Part shown: positions 8,894-16,921 of the stretch, one piece after another
Layout of the letters: every line of letters begins with the position of its first letter
Numbering within the stretch: position 1 is the first letter of the stretch
Assembly (NCBI GenBank): GCA_043804575.1
Contig: JAZDIW010000044.1
Coordinates: forward strand, 1 to 37,622
DNA length: 37,622 nucleotides
Origin: a bacterium
GTDB taxonomy: Bacteria; Electryoneota; RPQS01; DYHQ01
Direction: 5' to 3'
Notes under the pieces: generated by a model
Told to the model about the DNA's origin: nothing
Seen by the model: the letters and a program-made list of their open reading frames with translations, nothing else
Database searches by the model: none
Position numbers and translations under genes: made by a program

Positions 8894-8930
8894 CAGGCTC
8901 AGAAGAAAACATCTGGGCCTGTATTTTTGT
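8894..8930 (+). terminator. Rho-independent terminator of the defence operon
   Basis: A 10-bp stem, caggctcaga (8894-8903) / tctgggcctg (8912-8921, one G-U pair), has an 8-nt loop and is followed by tatttttgt. Confidence 0.55.
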
Positions 8931-9126
8931 GCAAAAATTCACCGATATACTATCTGGTCCGCAAGAGTTCCCTCACCCGAGCAAACCGTTCAGCCTCCCC
9001 ATGGCAGACGCAAATTCCTGATGACAGGTTCGGGGCATGCCAGACGATCGTGCAGGCATAGTCTGTGGGAAAAAGCCGTTGAAGGTTGGAAATACGGTTG
9101 GAAATTCGATTTGGAGGAGAACGAAA

Positions 9127-9154
9127 AAGGACTTAGAGTAGCTTCTAAGTCCTT
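9127..9154 (-). terminator. Hairpin terminator downstream of tRNA-fMet. It is T-rich on both sides and so potentially bidirectional.
   Basis: A perfect 11-bp stem, aaggacttaga (9127-9137) / tctaagtcctt (9144-9154), has a 6-nt loop. The minus strand reads hairpin + TTTTTCGTT, and the plus strand reads hairpin + cttttcttctttgtt. Confidence 0.55.
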
Positions 9155-9168
9155 CTTTTTCTTCTTTG

Positions 9169-9242
<74 letters not shown>

Positions 9243-9250
9243 ATAGTTTC

Positions 9251-9279
9251 AATATAACGACTCAAACTCCGAAAGTCAA
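9251..9279 (-). promoter_or_regulatory. Sigma70-like promoter for tRNA-fMet
   Basis: The minus strand has TTGACT (9279-9274), a 17-nt spacer and TATATT (9256-9251). The -10 element ends 8 nt before tRNA position 1. Confidence 0.5.
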
Positions 9280-9573
9280 GCTCTGTGTTTTGGCTGCGGG
9301 CAGGTCAGGCGACCACGGCTGTCTTCCTGCATTCGCCAGCGCAACAATCGTCTTCGCGTGCCCAGCTTGTGGCAGAGATCCAAGTCAAACATCGAGCAAA
9401 TGGCGTCATAGGTTTGGCAGAATGTCGAGGGTTGGCACATTTCCTTTAACTGCAGCCATAGACATGCTGGCGGTCGCAATGTATCTCACTAATTTACAGT
9501 TACATACATTAAAACAATCGTGGCGAGGACACCCGCCTCGGCGCGAATTGACGCGAAAGTCAAGTACAACGGG

Positions 9574-10809
9574 CTATTTATCAGATTTTTCTTGACTTAC
9601 GGGACATATGAGGATGGCGATGACTCGTCGGGCATCCGCCATCAAGATGCGGTATCGTCTCTCCCCGTGAGTGATTTCTTCTCCCACTTGTGGGATTCGG
9701 CCCAGAAGTGTCAGGAGGAAGCCGCTCAGCGTGGAATAATCCCCTGGCGGAAACTCAATACCCGCAATCGTTTTCACCAAGTCGAGTTCCGCCCGCCCCG
9801 ATACAAGAAAGCGATTGGCTCCTATCCGCCTGCAAATCGGTCCGGCCTTGTCAAACTCATCTTCCACCGGCCCCAACAGCTCCTCGAGAATGTCCTCCAA
9901 AGTAACGATGCCGTCGGTGCCGCCATGTTCATCCACGACGACGGCGATGTGACGCCGGTCCGCGCGGAACTCCTCCAAGAGCTCGCGCACCGGCTTGGTT
10001 TCGGGAACGGCTTCGATAGGACGGATCACTTCGTCAAGAGCCTCAACGGGCCCCAGGAAATCGCGCGCGGAGATGTAGCCGACGATATGGTCAAGGTTGC
10101 TTTCAAACACAGGGAGTTTCGTGTGTCCGGACTCGATGAAGAGGCGCCGGGCTTTCGACACATCGTCGCCTTTGGAAATCGCCACGACCTGGGTGCGCGG
10201 CGTCATGACCTCACGCACTTTTCGATCGCGCAGAACAAAAAAACGGGAGAGAAAAGTTCCCTCTTCCGAGGAAACCATTCCGAATTTGTGGGCTTCGAGC
10301 AAGAGAAGCTGGAGTTCCTCGGCTTCGTAGAAGCGGTGGCCGGGCTTGCGGGTTTGCTGCGCCTCTCTTTTGGGGATCAAAGCGCGGCTCACGAGGCGCA
10401 CCAAAGTGAAGATGGGAAAGAATAGAACGAAGCTGAGAGCGAGCGGCAACGCAGCGAATCTCACAGCGGAATTCGCCAGTCCGAAAAAAACGGCCTTGGG
10501 AAGAATCTCTCCAACAATCAAGATGAGAAAAGGAGCGGTGACGACAATCCAGAATGGAGCCAGCCCTTGCTTGGCGGCAAAGAGCGCGAAGACGGTCGAA
10601 TAGGCGACATTGACGAGGTTGTTTCCGACCAAAGTCGTGCCCAGAAAACGCGCAGGATGACTTGCGAAGAACCTCACGAGCCTGGCGGTCAGCCGTTTCC
10701 GCCTCATCCAGACTTCCAAGAGAATGCGATCGAAGGAAGTATAGGCCGTTTCGCTTCCTGCATAGAACGCCGAAAGCAGTAGGAAGCAGACAATCAGGAC
10801 GAGGTCCAC
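9574..10809 (-). CDS. CNNM/HlyC-CorC family transporter (DUF21 + CBS pair + CorC_HlyC), CorB/TlyC-like
   Basis: An N-terminal multi-TM DUF21 domain (YAGSETAYTS) is followed by a CBS region (VREVMTPRTQVVAI...) and a C-terminal EELLGPVEDEFD...GRAELD segment. Confidence 0.85.
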   Translation of the reverse strand: MDLVLIVCFLLLSAFYAGSETAYTSFDRILLEVWMRRKRLTARLVRFFASHPARFLGTTLVGNNLVNVAYSTVFALFAAKQGLAPFWIVVTAPFLILIVGEILPKAVFFGLANSAVRFAALPLALSFVLFFPIFTLVRLVSRALIPKREAQQTRKPGHRFYEAEELQLLLLEAHKFGMVSSEEGTFLSRFFVLRDRKVREVMTPRTQVVAISKGDDVSKARRLFIESGHTKLPVFESNLDHIVGYISARDFLGPVEALDEVIRPIEAVPETKPVRELLEEFRADRRHIAVVVDEHGGTDGIVTLEDILEELLGPVEDEFDKAGPICRRIGANRFLVSGRAELDLVKTIAGIEFPPGDYSTLSGFLLTLLGRIPQVGEEITHGERRYRILMADARRVIAILICPVSQEKSDK

Positions 10810-11438
10810 AACCCATCCTCCATAACTTCTGCCCGTCCTGCCAAGGCATCCAAAATGTCCTGAGATGCACGCTCGCTATCAAAAAACGGAATTCTTACTT
10901 CGAAACATGTCTCGCCTTTGGACTCTCTCGAAGCAATTTCCCAACCCGCGCGATGTGCCACAGCGTAGAGCTTGCCGGTTTCTGCCCGAGGTATCTTCAC
11001 GAGGAGTTTTCGTCCCTGCCGAATCGTTTTCTTGGGAGCCGCGCTCAGAGCCTCGCCGGCGCATGTGCCGTAGGCTCTGGCCAAATTACCCTTGCCAAGC
11101 TTCTTTCCTCCGAAGTAGCGAGTCACGATGACGAGCGTGTTCGTGAGTTTCGCCGCCTCAATCGCTCGCAGAATCGGCAGTCCGGCGGTTCCGCGAGGTT
11201 CGCCGGCGTCGCTGCTTTGCTCGCGCCTATCCGGCCCCAGAATGGAAGCGAAGCAGTGATGTGTCGCATCATGATATTCGCGCTCGCGCCGTGAAATACG
11301 CTGCGCCACTTCCTGCTCGGATACTATGGGCTGTGCCAATGCCAAAAAGCGCGAGCCCAGCACGCGCAGCTGCGCCGTGCCAGGCCCTGCCAAAGTCACA
11401 AGCTCGCTACTTCTATCCGGTATGGAATCCGCGCTCAT
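10794..11438 (-). CDS. yigZ: YigZ/IMPACT (UPF0029) family protein
   Basis: SRFLALAQP...YHDATHHCFA...DAGEPRGTAGLPIL...LVIVTRYFGGKKLGKGNLARAYG is the family signature. The stop overlaps the downstream transporter start by 16 nt. Confidence 0.8.
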   Translation of the reverse strand: MSADSIPDRSSELVTLAGPGTAQLRVLGSRFLALAQPIVSEQEVAQRISRREREYHDATHHCFASILGPDRREQSSDAGEPRGTAGLPILRAIEAAKLTNTLVIVTRYFGGKKLGKGNLARAYGTCAGEALSAAPKKTIRQGRKLLVKIPRAETGKLYAVAHRAGWEIASRESKGETCFEVRIPFFDSERASQDILDALAGRAEVMEDGLWTSS

Positions 11439-11461
11439 TTGCGATAGTCAAGGGAACAAGG

Positions 11462-12121
11462 CTATAGCTTCACTGCCGACCGCGGAACCATACGCACCGT
11501 AATTTCAATTCGCTCCAAAGGATTGTCGCGCTCGTCGCGAGCCTGGCTGACAATCGAATCGGCGGCTTCGATTCCCTTAATCACCTGCCCAAAGACCGTG
11601 TAGTTGTTGTTCAGATGCTGAGCACGCTTGGCGCAGATGAAGAACTGAGAACCGGCTGAGTTCGGATCCTTGGATCGCGCCATCGAGAGCGTTCCACGAT
11701 TGTGATCCCTGGCGTTGAATTCCGCATCCACCGTCCAACCCGGGCCGCCCATCCCGTCGTTGGCGCGAATCGTGTCTTTCGAATTCGGATCACCGGCTTG
11801 GATCATGAAATTGGGAATGACGCGATGGAAAGTGCAACCATTGTAGAAACCGCTATTGGCCAGATACTTGAAGTTGCGCACATGATTCGGCGCGACATCG
11901 GGGAAGAATTCCAGAACGATGTCGCCGAACTTCGTCGAAATGATGGCTACGCTATCGCCCGTGACAGGATAGTTCGCCGGGAATTTTTCGAGCTTGCCTG
12001 TCGGTTCCGCTTTCTTTCCCACGGCCGTTTCGGACGACTTGCCCGCCTCGCTCTTTGGACCTGACTTGCAGGCCGTTACAACAATTAGGGCACTGAGCGC
12101 CAAGATAATCGGTGTTCTCAT
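11462..12121 (-). CDS. Cyclophilin-type peptidyl-prolyl cis-trans isomerase, lipoprotein
   Basis: A lipobox is present (LIVVTAC). Cyclophilin motifs are FHRVIPNFMIQAGDP, GTLSMARS and SQFFI. Confidence 0.9.
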   Translation of the reverse strand: MRTPIILALSALIVVTACKSGPKSEAGKSSETAVGKKAEPTGKLEKFPANYPVTGDSVAIISTKFGDIVLEFFPDVAPNHVRNFKYLANSGFYNGCTFHRVIPNFMIQAGDPNSKDTIRANDGMGGPGWTVDAEFNARDHNRGTLSMARSKDPNSAGSQFFICAKRAQHLNNNYTVFGQVIKGIEAADSIVSQARDERDNPLERIEITVRMVPRSAVKL

Positions 12122-12212
12122 GGGAGTCTCCTCTGAATTTCTGATTCTATTGTTTCTTCGCTTGATGTTCTTCTATAGGGTCGCAATTACTCCGGGTAGG
12201 CCGCGAGGACCC

Positions 12213-13886
12213 TCACTTCTTTTGCGGAGGCGTAGGACAGGTTTCGCCTGTGCCAGCGCGATTTGATCCCAGTGACTCCGGTGTTCCCACAAGCGGACTC
12301 CATTCGCCGACTGTCTCCACATGGACTTTTACAGGCCCTTTTGAGGTCCATTTCTCATTGGCGTTGTAGCCCCAGCCCAGATATTCGGAAGCGCCTCCGC
12401 CTTCGGTGGTGATTAGGAAGCGGGCCTCGACATGGCCGAAATATTGCGCCACCTCCGCTGGAGTCGGCCGGTCTCCACCGGAGGGATCCACCGGTACCCA
12501 GCCATATCCGGGCAGGAAGCACTCGCACCAGCGGTGGAAGACATCGTCCGTCGAAGCATCATCGCCGCGAATGACAACCGACCCGACGAACCTTGTCGGC
12601 AGTCCCGCGGCACGGCACATCGCGATGAAGACGAAGCTATATTCGCTGCACGAGCCGTTTCCGCGCTTCAGCACCGCCGGAGCCACATTCCAGCCTCCTG
12701 CGAGTTCGTAGGTCATGTGGTCGCGGACATACTTATAGATTTTACGCATGAGCCAGTAGGGATGTTTCTCGTCGCCCACCGCTTCCTTCACGGCCTGCGT
12801 TATCACGGGATCATGAATGCAATACTTCTCCTCATCCACAAGATACTTCTCGCGAATCTCTTTGTCAATCTTCTCTAAGCTGCCGACTTTTTCGGGAAAG
12901 ACGAACCAGCGAACATCCGAGAGTTCTACATGGATGGTCATCGCAATCTGTTGGCGTGCGGCAAGCGGCAGATTCGTCAAATGGAAATGAGCGATTTCTT
13001 GTCCCCACCGGTCTTGAATCATCTCGGTTGGCTTCGGATCGAGAGAAATCTCGGCGAGGATTTTCTGCCCCGGACGGTCTTTGGGCAGAGCCAAATAGAC
13101 ATCGAGAGTTTGGACTTCGCCGGGGCCATAATTGCGAGCCTCATGAGTGAGGAGCAATTTTTCCGCTTTCGTGTTGCTGAGCTTAAAAGGCACGCCATCA
13201 TCAACAATCAGCTCGTAGAGGCGGTCATCCTGGTAATCTGTTACCCACAGCTTCCCATCTCGCCACGCCAGTCCTCGGGCATATTTTCCGGGAGCATCAA
13301 GACTGAGCAGCACATCGCCGTCTATGGTTTCCACCATGTAAATCCGGTCTTGGATCCGGTCGGCGCACCATAGATATTTGCCGTCCCATGTCAGTCCTTG
13401 CGGCGAACTCGATGGCGAGGGGAATGAGACGATGGTGGTGCCATCATCGGTGGAAATCTTCGCTATGATGTCTTGTGTATCGTCGGAGAGCCACAGAGAT
13501 TTGCCGTCCCACGCCAGTCCTTGAGGTTTTGCTGTTGGCGCCTCAAAGCTCTTCAGAGTGATACCTGACCGAATATCCAGTTGCCAAATTCGATTTTGCT
13601 CGCCGTCGATGCCCCAAAGAGTTTCGCCATCCCAAGCAAGTCCGAGTGGAATGAATCCCGGAGCGGGGAGGACCTTCTTCACCTTGCCTGATGTCGGGTC
13701 TATCGCATAGAGAGAATCACTCAGACGATCCGCGAGCCAAAGATGTTGACCGTCATAGGCAAGGCCGGTCGGACATGGACCGGGCGTTGGGAAACTTCGG
13801 ATGGTGTCTCCCGGAGTCGCCCACAGAGCGCGGGAGGCGACAAGAACAACGAACGCAAAACAAATGGCGCATCGAATATTTTTCAT
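12213..13886 (-). CDS. Secreted beta-propeller (glutamine-cyclotransferase-like repeats) plus transglutaminase-core protein, 557 aa
   Basis: The signal peptide MKNIRCAICFAFVVLVASRALWA has a GGGAGGG RBS upstream of ATG 13886. The unit 'GLAWDGxxLW' repeats. The C-terminal transglutaminase Cys-His-Asp core reads GNGSCSEYSFVF...FHRWCECF...WVPVDPS. The track's longer start (13970) would run into the REP and the RayT gene. Confidence 0.8.
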   Translation of the reverse strand: MKNIRCAICFAFVVLVASRALWATPGDTIRSFPTPGPCPTGLAYDGQHLWLADRLSDSLYAIDPTSGKVKKVLPAPGFIPLGLAWDGETLWGIDGEQNRIWQLDIRSGITLKSFEAPTAKPQGLAWDGKSLWLSDDTQDIIAKISTDDGTTIVSFPSPSSSPQGLTWDGKYLWCADRIQDRIYMVETIDGDVLLSLDAPGKYARGLAWRDGKLWVTDYQDDRLYELIVDDGVPFKLSNTKAEKLLLTHEARNYGPGEVQTLDVYLALPKDRPGQKILAEISLDPKPTEMIQDRWGQEIAHFHLTNLPLAARQQIAMTIHVELSDVRWFVFPEKVGSLEKIDKEIREKYLVDEEKYCIHDPVITQAVKEAVGDEKHPYWLMRKIYKYVRDHMTYELAGGWNVAPAVLKRGNGSCSEYSFVFIAMCRAAGLPTRFVGSVVIRGDDASTDDVFHRWCECFLPGYGWVPVDPSGGDRPTPAEVAQYFGHVEARFLITTEGGGASEYLGWGYNANEKWTSKGPVKVHVETVGEWSPLVGTPESLGSNRAGTGETCPTPPQKK

Positions 13887-13903
13887 ATTTCCCTCCCAAT
13901 AGG

Positions 13904-13933
13904 CAACGGGCACGGTGCGCCGTGCCCCTACGG
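13904..13933 (+). repeat. REP-like palindromic unit, copy A
   Basis: The sequence is caacGGGCACGGtgcgCCGTGCCCctacgg, with an 8-bp stem and a 4-nt loop. It matches copy C at 28 of 30 positions, differing only in the loop. It contains the RayT stop codon and lies 17 nt upstream of the transglutaminase ATG. Confidence 0.8.
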
Positions 13934-14467
13934 CATTATACGATATGGATTCTCGCGATCCAAGTCCCATTGTGCGGGGTTGTTGAGGATATATTCACGA
14001 ACCTGCTCGAGATCTCTTTCGTCTCGGATGACATGCTCGTAGTAGTTTCGCTGCCATACTGGCGCACCAGGTGTTCCACGGAGTTCATTGATGCGGCGAC
14101 TTACCGCCGACTTAAAGGAACCAACGACGGAAGCCAGTGAGTTCGAGACAGGCCGTGCAAAGGTATGCACCGTAGGGGCACGGCGTGCCGTGCCCTCATC
14201 CATATCCGTGAACAGGATGATTCCGTGAAAATGATTCGGCATCACGATAGCTGCGTCAACCACGACACAAGGACGCAACTGTGCTGTCCTTAGCCACTCC
14301 TCTTCTGCCACCTTGCCCAGAGAGTTCTTCGCCATCAGGCCCTCAACAATTTCGCCGAATAGACATTCCTTCTCGTGAGTGCAGACGGTGACAAAATACG
14401 CCGCAGGGCTTCGATAGTCGAAGTGCTTCAGGCGAACAGAGCGGCGTTTCTTGAGTTCATCGTTCAT
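13928..14467 (-). CDS. IS200/IS605-like Y1 (HUH) transposase homologue, RayT-like (REP-associated tyrosine transposase), 179 aa
   Basis: YFVTVCTHEKECLFG, the HUH motif MPNHFHGIILF, and the catalytic-Tyr region WQRNYYEHVIRDERDL..YILNNP are present. I prefer the MNDELKKRRS start at 14467, because the track's GTG start at 14491 lies inside REP copy C. Confidence 0.75.
   Translation of the reverse strand: MNDELKKRRSVRLKHFDYRSPAAYFVTVCTHEKECLFGEIVEGLMAKNSLGKVAEEEWLRTAQLRPCVVVDAAIVMPNHFHGIILFTDMDEGTARRAPTVHTFARPVSNSLASVVGSFKSAVSRRINELRGTPGAPVWQRNYYEHVIRDERDLEQVREYILNNPAQWDLDRENPYRIMP
14170..14195 (-). repeat. REP-like palindromic unit, copy B (inverted, inside the RayT-like CDS)
   Basis: ccgtaggggcacggcgtgccgtgccc is the exact reverse complement (26/26) of 14481-14506. 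It is read in frame as DEGTARRAPTVH. Confidence 0.8.
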
Positions 14468-14476
14468 GGTTATTGC

Positions 14477-14506
14477 CAACGGGCACGGCACGCCGTGCCC
14501 CTACGG
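14477..14506 (+). repeat. REP-like palindromic unit, copy C
   Basis: The sequence is caacGGGCACGGcacgCCGTGCCCctacgg. It lies 10 nt upstream of the RayT-like ATG and downstream of the MBL gene stop. Confidence 0.8.
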
Positions 14507-14563
14507 TAATTCCGGAATTGCGCAGCGTGCACGGAGAAGCCATCTTCCGTTGAGGACTCCCCG

Positions 14564-15337
14564 CTACGACACCTCCAAGAAGGGTCCGATTTCATAATGG
14601 CCCGTCAAGTGAACGAGTGGCCCATTTCCCGAGAAAGCGGCTGCTACGGTGTCGCGGGCCAAGAAGGGATCGTTGTTTTCTCGCGAGAGATGAGCCAAGA
14701 CGACATGTCGAAGATCATCGTGGCAAGCTTCTTCCAAGGCGCGTGCGGATTGGCGATTCGAGAGATGTCCGTGGCGCGACCGAATGCGCTCTTTCAAGTA
14801 CTCAGGATAGGGCCCGTTTGCCAGCATGGCCTCATCATGATTGGCCTCCAAGATGATGACCTGGCATCCGGACAAAGCCTTTTTGACTTCTCGCGTGACA
14901 TATCCCAAATCCGTCGCAATGGCCACACGCGCGCCATTGTGCTCGAACAGAAAGCCCGCGGGCTCCACCGCATCATGCGGCACAGGGAAATGGCGCACGC
15001 GAAGCGGGCCGAATTGTGTTCCTTCGGATGCCAGAGTGCGAATTGTCAGGCCCTCCGGAAGCATCAGCGCAAGCCGGTCGGCGGTGCCGTGGTTGGCATA
15101 AATTGGCAACCCATATTTCTTCGCCAAAATCGCCGCTCCGCGCACATGGTCGGCATGTTCATGGGTAATCAGAATGCCTTGAATATCGCTGACGGCCACA
15201 TTCAGGGTTACGAGACCTTGCGCAATCACCTGCGCCGGCAGACCGGCATCTATCAGCAGGCAGGTATTTGCGGCACTCAGAAACAGGGAATTGCCCGAAC
15301 TGCCTGAGCCCAGAGGACACAGTCGCATCGCACTCAT
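14564..15337 (-). CDS. MBL-fold metallo-hydrolase (YycJ/VicX-like)
   Basis: The sequence shows GSGSSGNS, the HxHxDH motif ITHEHADHVRG, and SRHGHLSN. Its ATG overlaps the pyrE TGA (ATGA at 15334-15337). Confidence 0.85.
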   Translation of the reverse strand: MSAMRLCPLGSGSSGNSLFLSAANTCLLIDAGLPAQVIAQGLVTLNVAVSDIQGILITHEHADHVRGAAILAKKYGLPIYANHGTADRLALMLPEGLTIRTLASEGTQFGPLRVRHFPVPHDAVEPAGFLFEHNGARVAIATDLGYVTREVKKALSGCQVIILEANHDEAMLANGPYPEYLKERIRSRHGHLSNRQSARALEEACHDDLRHVVLAHLSRENNDPFLARDTVAAAFSGNGPLVHLTGHYEIGPFLEVS

Positions 15338-15912
15338 GCGGGCTTCTCCAATTGCCGACTCCCGCGCTTTTCAAGAGGTACTCCACGAGCGCAGAGAGGA
15401 CAATCGTCAGGCAGATAGGATTTCAGAAAGAGTTTGATGACGGCAAACAGAGGAATCTCCAATCGTGGCTTGCCCCTCTGAACCAAACAAGCCGCGCCGA
15501 CAATATGTGCGCCCGTTTCTCGCAGCATCGTCATCAATTCTTGAATCGAGGCGCCCGTTGTAAGAACATCTTCGACAAGAAGTACGCGCATCCCGGGCTC
15601 CACATGAAATCCGCGCCTCAAGACCATTTTTCCGGAAACGCGCTCGGGGAACAGGAAATGGCATCGCAAGGCTTTCGCCACCTCATGAGCCACAAGCACG
15701 CCGCCCGTGAGAGGTCCGGCCACGATGTCCACCTTCTCGTCACGAAATCTCTGTGCGATCTCGCCGGCCAAACGCTCTGTGAGCGAAGGCTGCTCCAAGA
15801 TGCGGAATTTCTCGATATAGGCATCGCTGTGCCGGCCGCTCGAGAGAAGAAAATGTCCCTCAAGAAGTGCCCCACAATTGCGTAGAAGCGCTTGTCCTTC
15901 GGCATCGTTCAT
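15334..15912 (-). CDS. pyrE: Orotate phosphoribosyltransferase, 192 aa
   Basis: The PRPP loop is VLLVEDVLTTGAS, and GHFLLSSGRHSDAYI is present. I chose the MNDAEGQ start, which forms an ATGA overlap with the pyrF stop (15909-15912). The 91 extra N-terminal residues in the track overlap pyrF. Confidence 0.9.
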   Translation of the reverse strand: MNDAEGQALLRNCGALLEGHFLLSSGRHSDAYIEKFRILEQPSLTERLAGEIAQRFRDEKVDIVAGPLTGGVLVAHEVAKALRCHFLFPERVSGKMVLRRGFHVEPGMRVLLVEDVLTTGASIQELMTMLRETGAHIVGAACLVQRGKPRLEIPLFAVIKLFLKSYLPDDCPLCARGVPLEKRGSRQLEKPA

Positions 15913-16706
15913 GCGATTTCTTCCCGGCATTTCAGCGCCGCTTCGCGCGCGGCGGCCGCAAATTCTTTCCCCGACGAAGCGTAGAGAATCTGGCGCGCCC
16001 AAACGAATAGAGCGCGACTTTGAGGATTTTTCGCCAAGAGTCTCGTGGCCTCCTTTGCTGAGCCTCCCTGTGTCCCGGAACCGGGAAGAAGCAGAGGAAG
16101 CTCGGGTGCAAGGTGCTGAATGCGCTCGAGCGACGCAAGGCGCGTTGTGCCGACGACAAGGCCGACATTGCCCTGTCGGTTCCACTCACGGGCCCTAAGA
16201 GCGACCTCCTCGAAAAGTACTCGCCCTTGAGTTGGTAGCTCTTGAATTTCCTCGGCCCCGGGATTGGAAGTCGCGCACAGAATAAAGACACCTCGAGTCG
16301 GATTATCCAGAAAAGGAGTTAGCGATTGACCGCCAAGGTAGGGATTCACAGTGAGGGCATGAGCGTGCAGTCGCTCGAAAACTGCCTTGGCATGCCGCTC
16401 ATTCGTGCTTGGAATATCACCAAATTTCCCGTCGGCGATGAGAAGCGCATGAGGCGGAAGAAGCGGAGGCAGCTTTTCGAGCATTTCCCAGCCGGCGCTG
16501 CCCAAGGCCTGGAAGAAGGCAAGATTGGGTTTGTAGGCCGCCGCAAGGTCTGCCGTTGCCTGCACAATCTCTTGAAGGAAGAGCCAGATGCCCTCGGGGG
16601 AGTGACCAAGATGAGACGGAAGTCTCTCCGGCATTGGGTCCAGGCCGATGCAAAGGGGTGCCCCCGCCTCTGCAATCGCTTGCTCCAATCGCTGCAGAAA
16701 TGTCAT
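15909..16706 (-). CDS. pyrF: Orotidine-5'-phosphate decarboxylase, 265 aa
   Basis: PLCIGLDP, LLIADGKFGDIPSTN and LLLPGSGTQGG are present. I prefer the start at MTFLQRLEQ. Confidence 0.85.
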   Translation of the reverse strand: MTFLQRLEQAIAEAGAPLCIGLDPMPERLPSHLGHSPEGIWLFLQEIVQATADLAAAYKPNLAFFQALGSAGWEMLEKLPPLLPPHALLIADGKFGDIPSTNERHAKAVFERLHAHALTVNPYLGGQSLTPFLDNPTRGVFILCATSNPGAEEIQELPTQGRVLFEEVALRAREWNRQGNVGLVVGTTRLASLERIQHLAPELPLLLPGSGTQGGSAKEATRLLAKNPQSRALFVWARQILYASSGKEFAAAAREAALKCREEIA

Positions 16707-16854
16707 TTCCTGATGTAAAACCACTCCAAAATAATACCGAAAAAAAAGAAAAAGCGCAAGCCATGAGGTCACAGCGGTTCCGCGTGAGACGGCCTACGCT
16801 GATCCTTGGAGGATGGCCCGAAGCCTATTTGCCGGGAGAAGCCGCGTTCGTTGC

Positions 16855-16888
16855 AGAGAAAAGAGAAAACCAGCCTTGATGGGCTGGT
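16855..16888 (-). terminator. Rho-independent terminator after the histidine kinase gene
   Basis: The minus strand reads ACCAGCC-catcaa-GGCTGGT (7-bp stem, 16869-16888), followed by TTTCTCTTTTCTC. It lies about 35 nt after the stop at 16922. Confidence 0.5.
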
Positions 16889-16921
16889 GGAAGGAGAAGC
16901 AAGTCCACTGTCGGAATCCCT

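Noticed and set aside
9520-10425. 301-aa plus-strand ORF
   Set aside because: It is antisense to the CorB/TlyC-like transporter, which has clear DUF21/CBS motifs. The ORF itself has no motifs and an odd composition.
13887-13970. Longer N-terminus for the transglutaminase protein, and GTG 14491 as the start of the RayT-like protein
   Set aside because: Both extensions run through REP hairpins and overlap neighbouring genes. Internal ATGs with a good RBS (13886) or a conserved N-terminus (14467) fit better.
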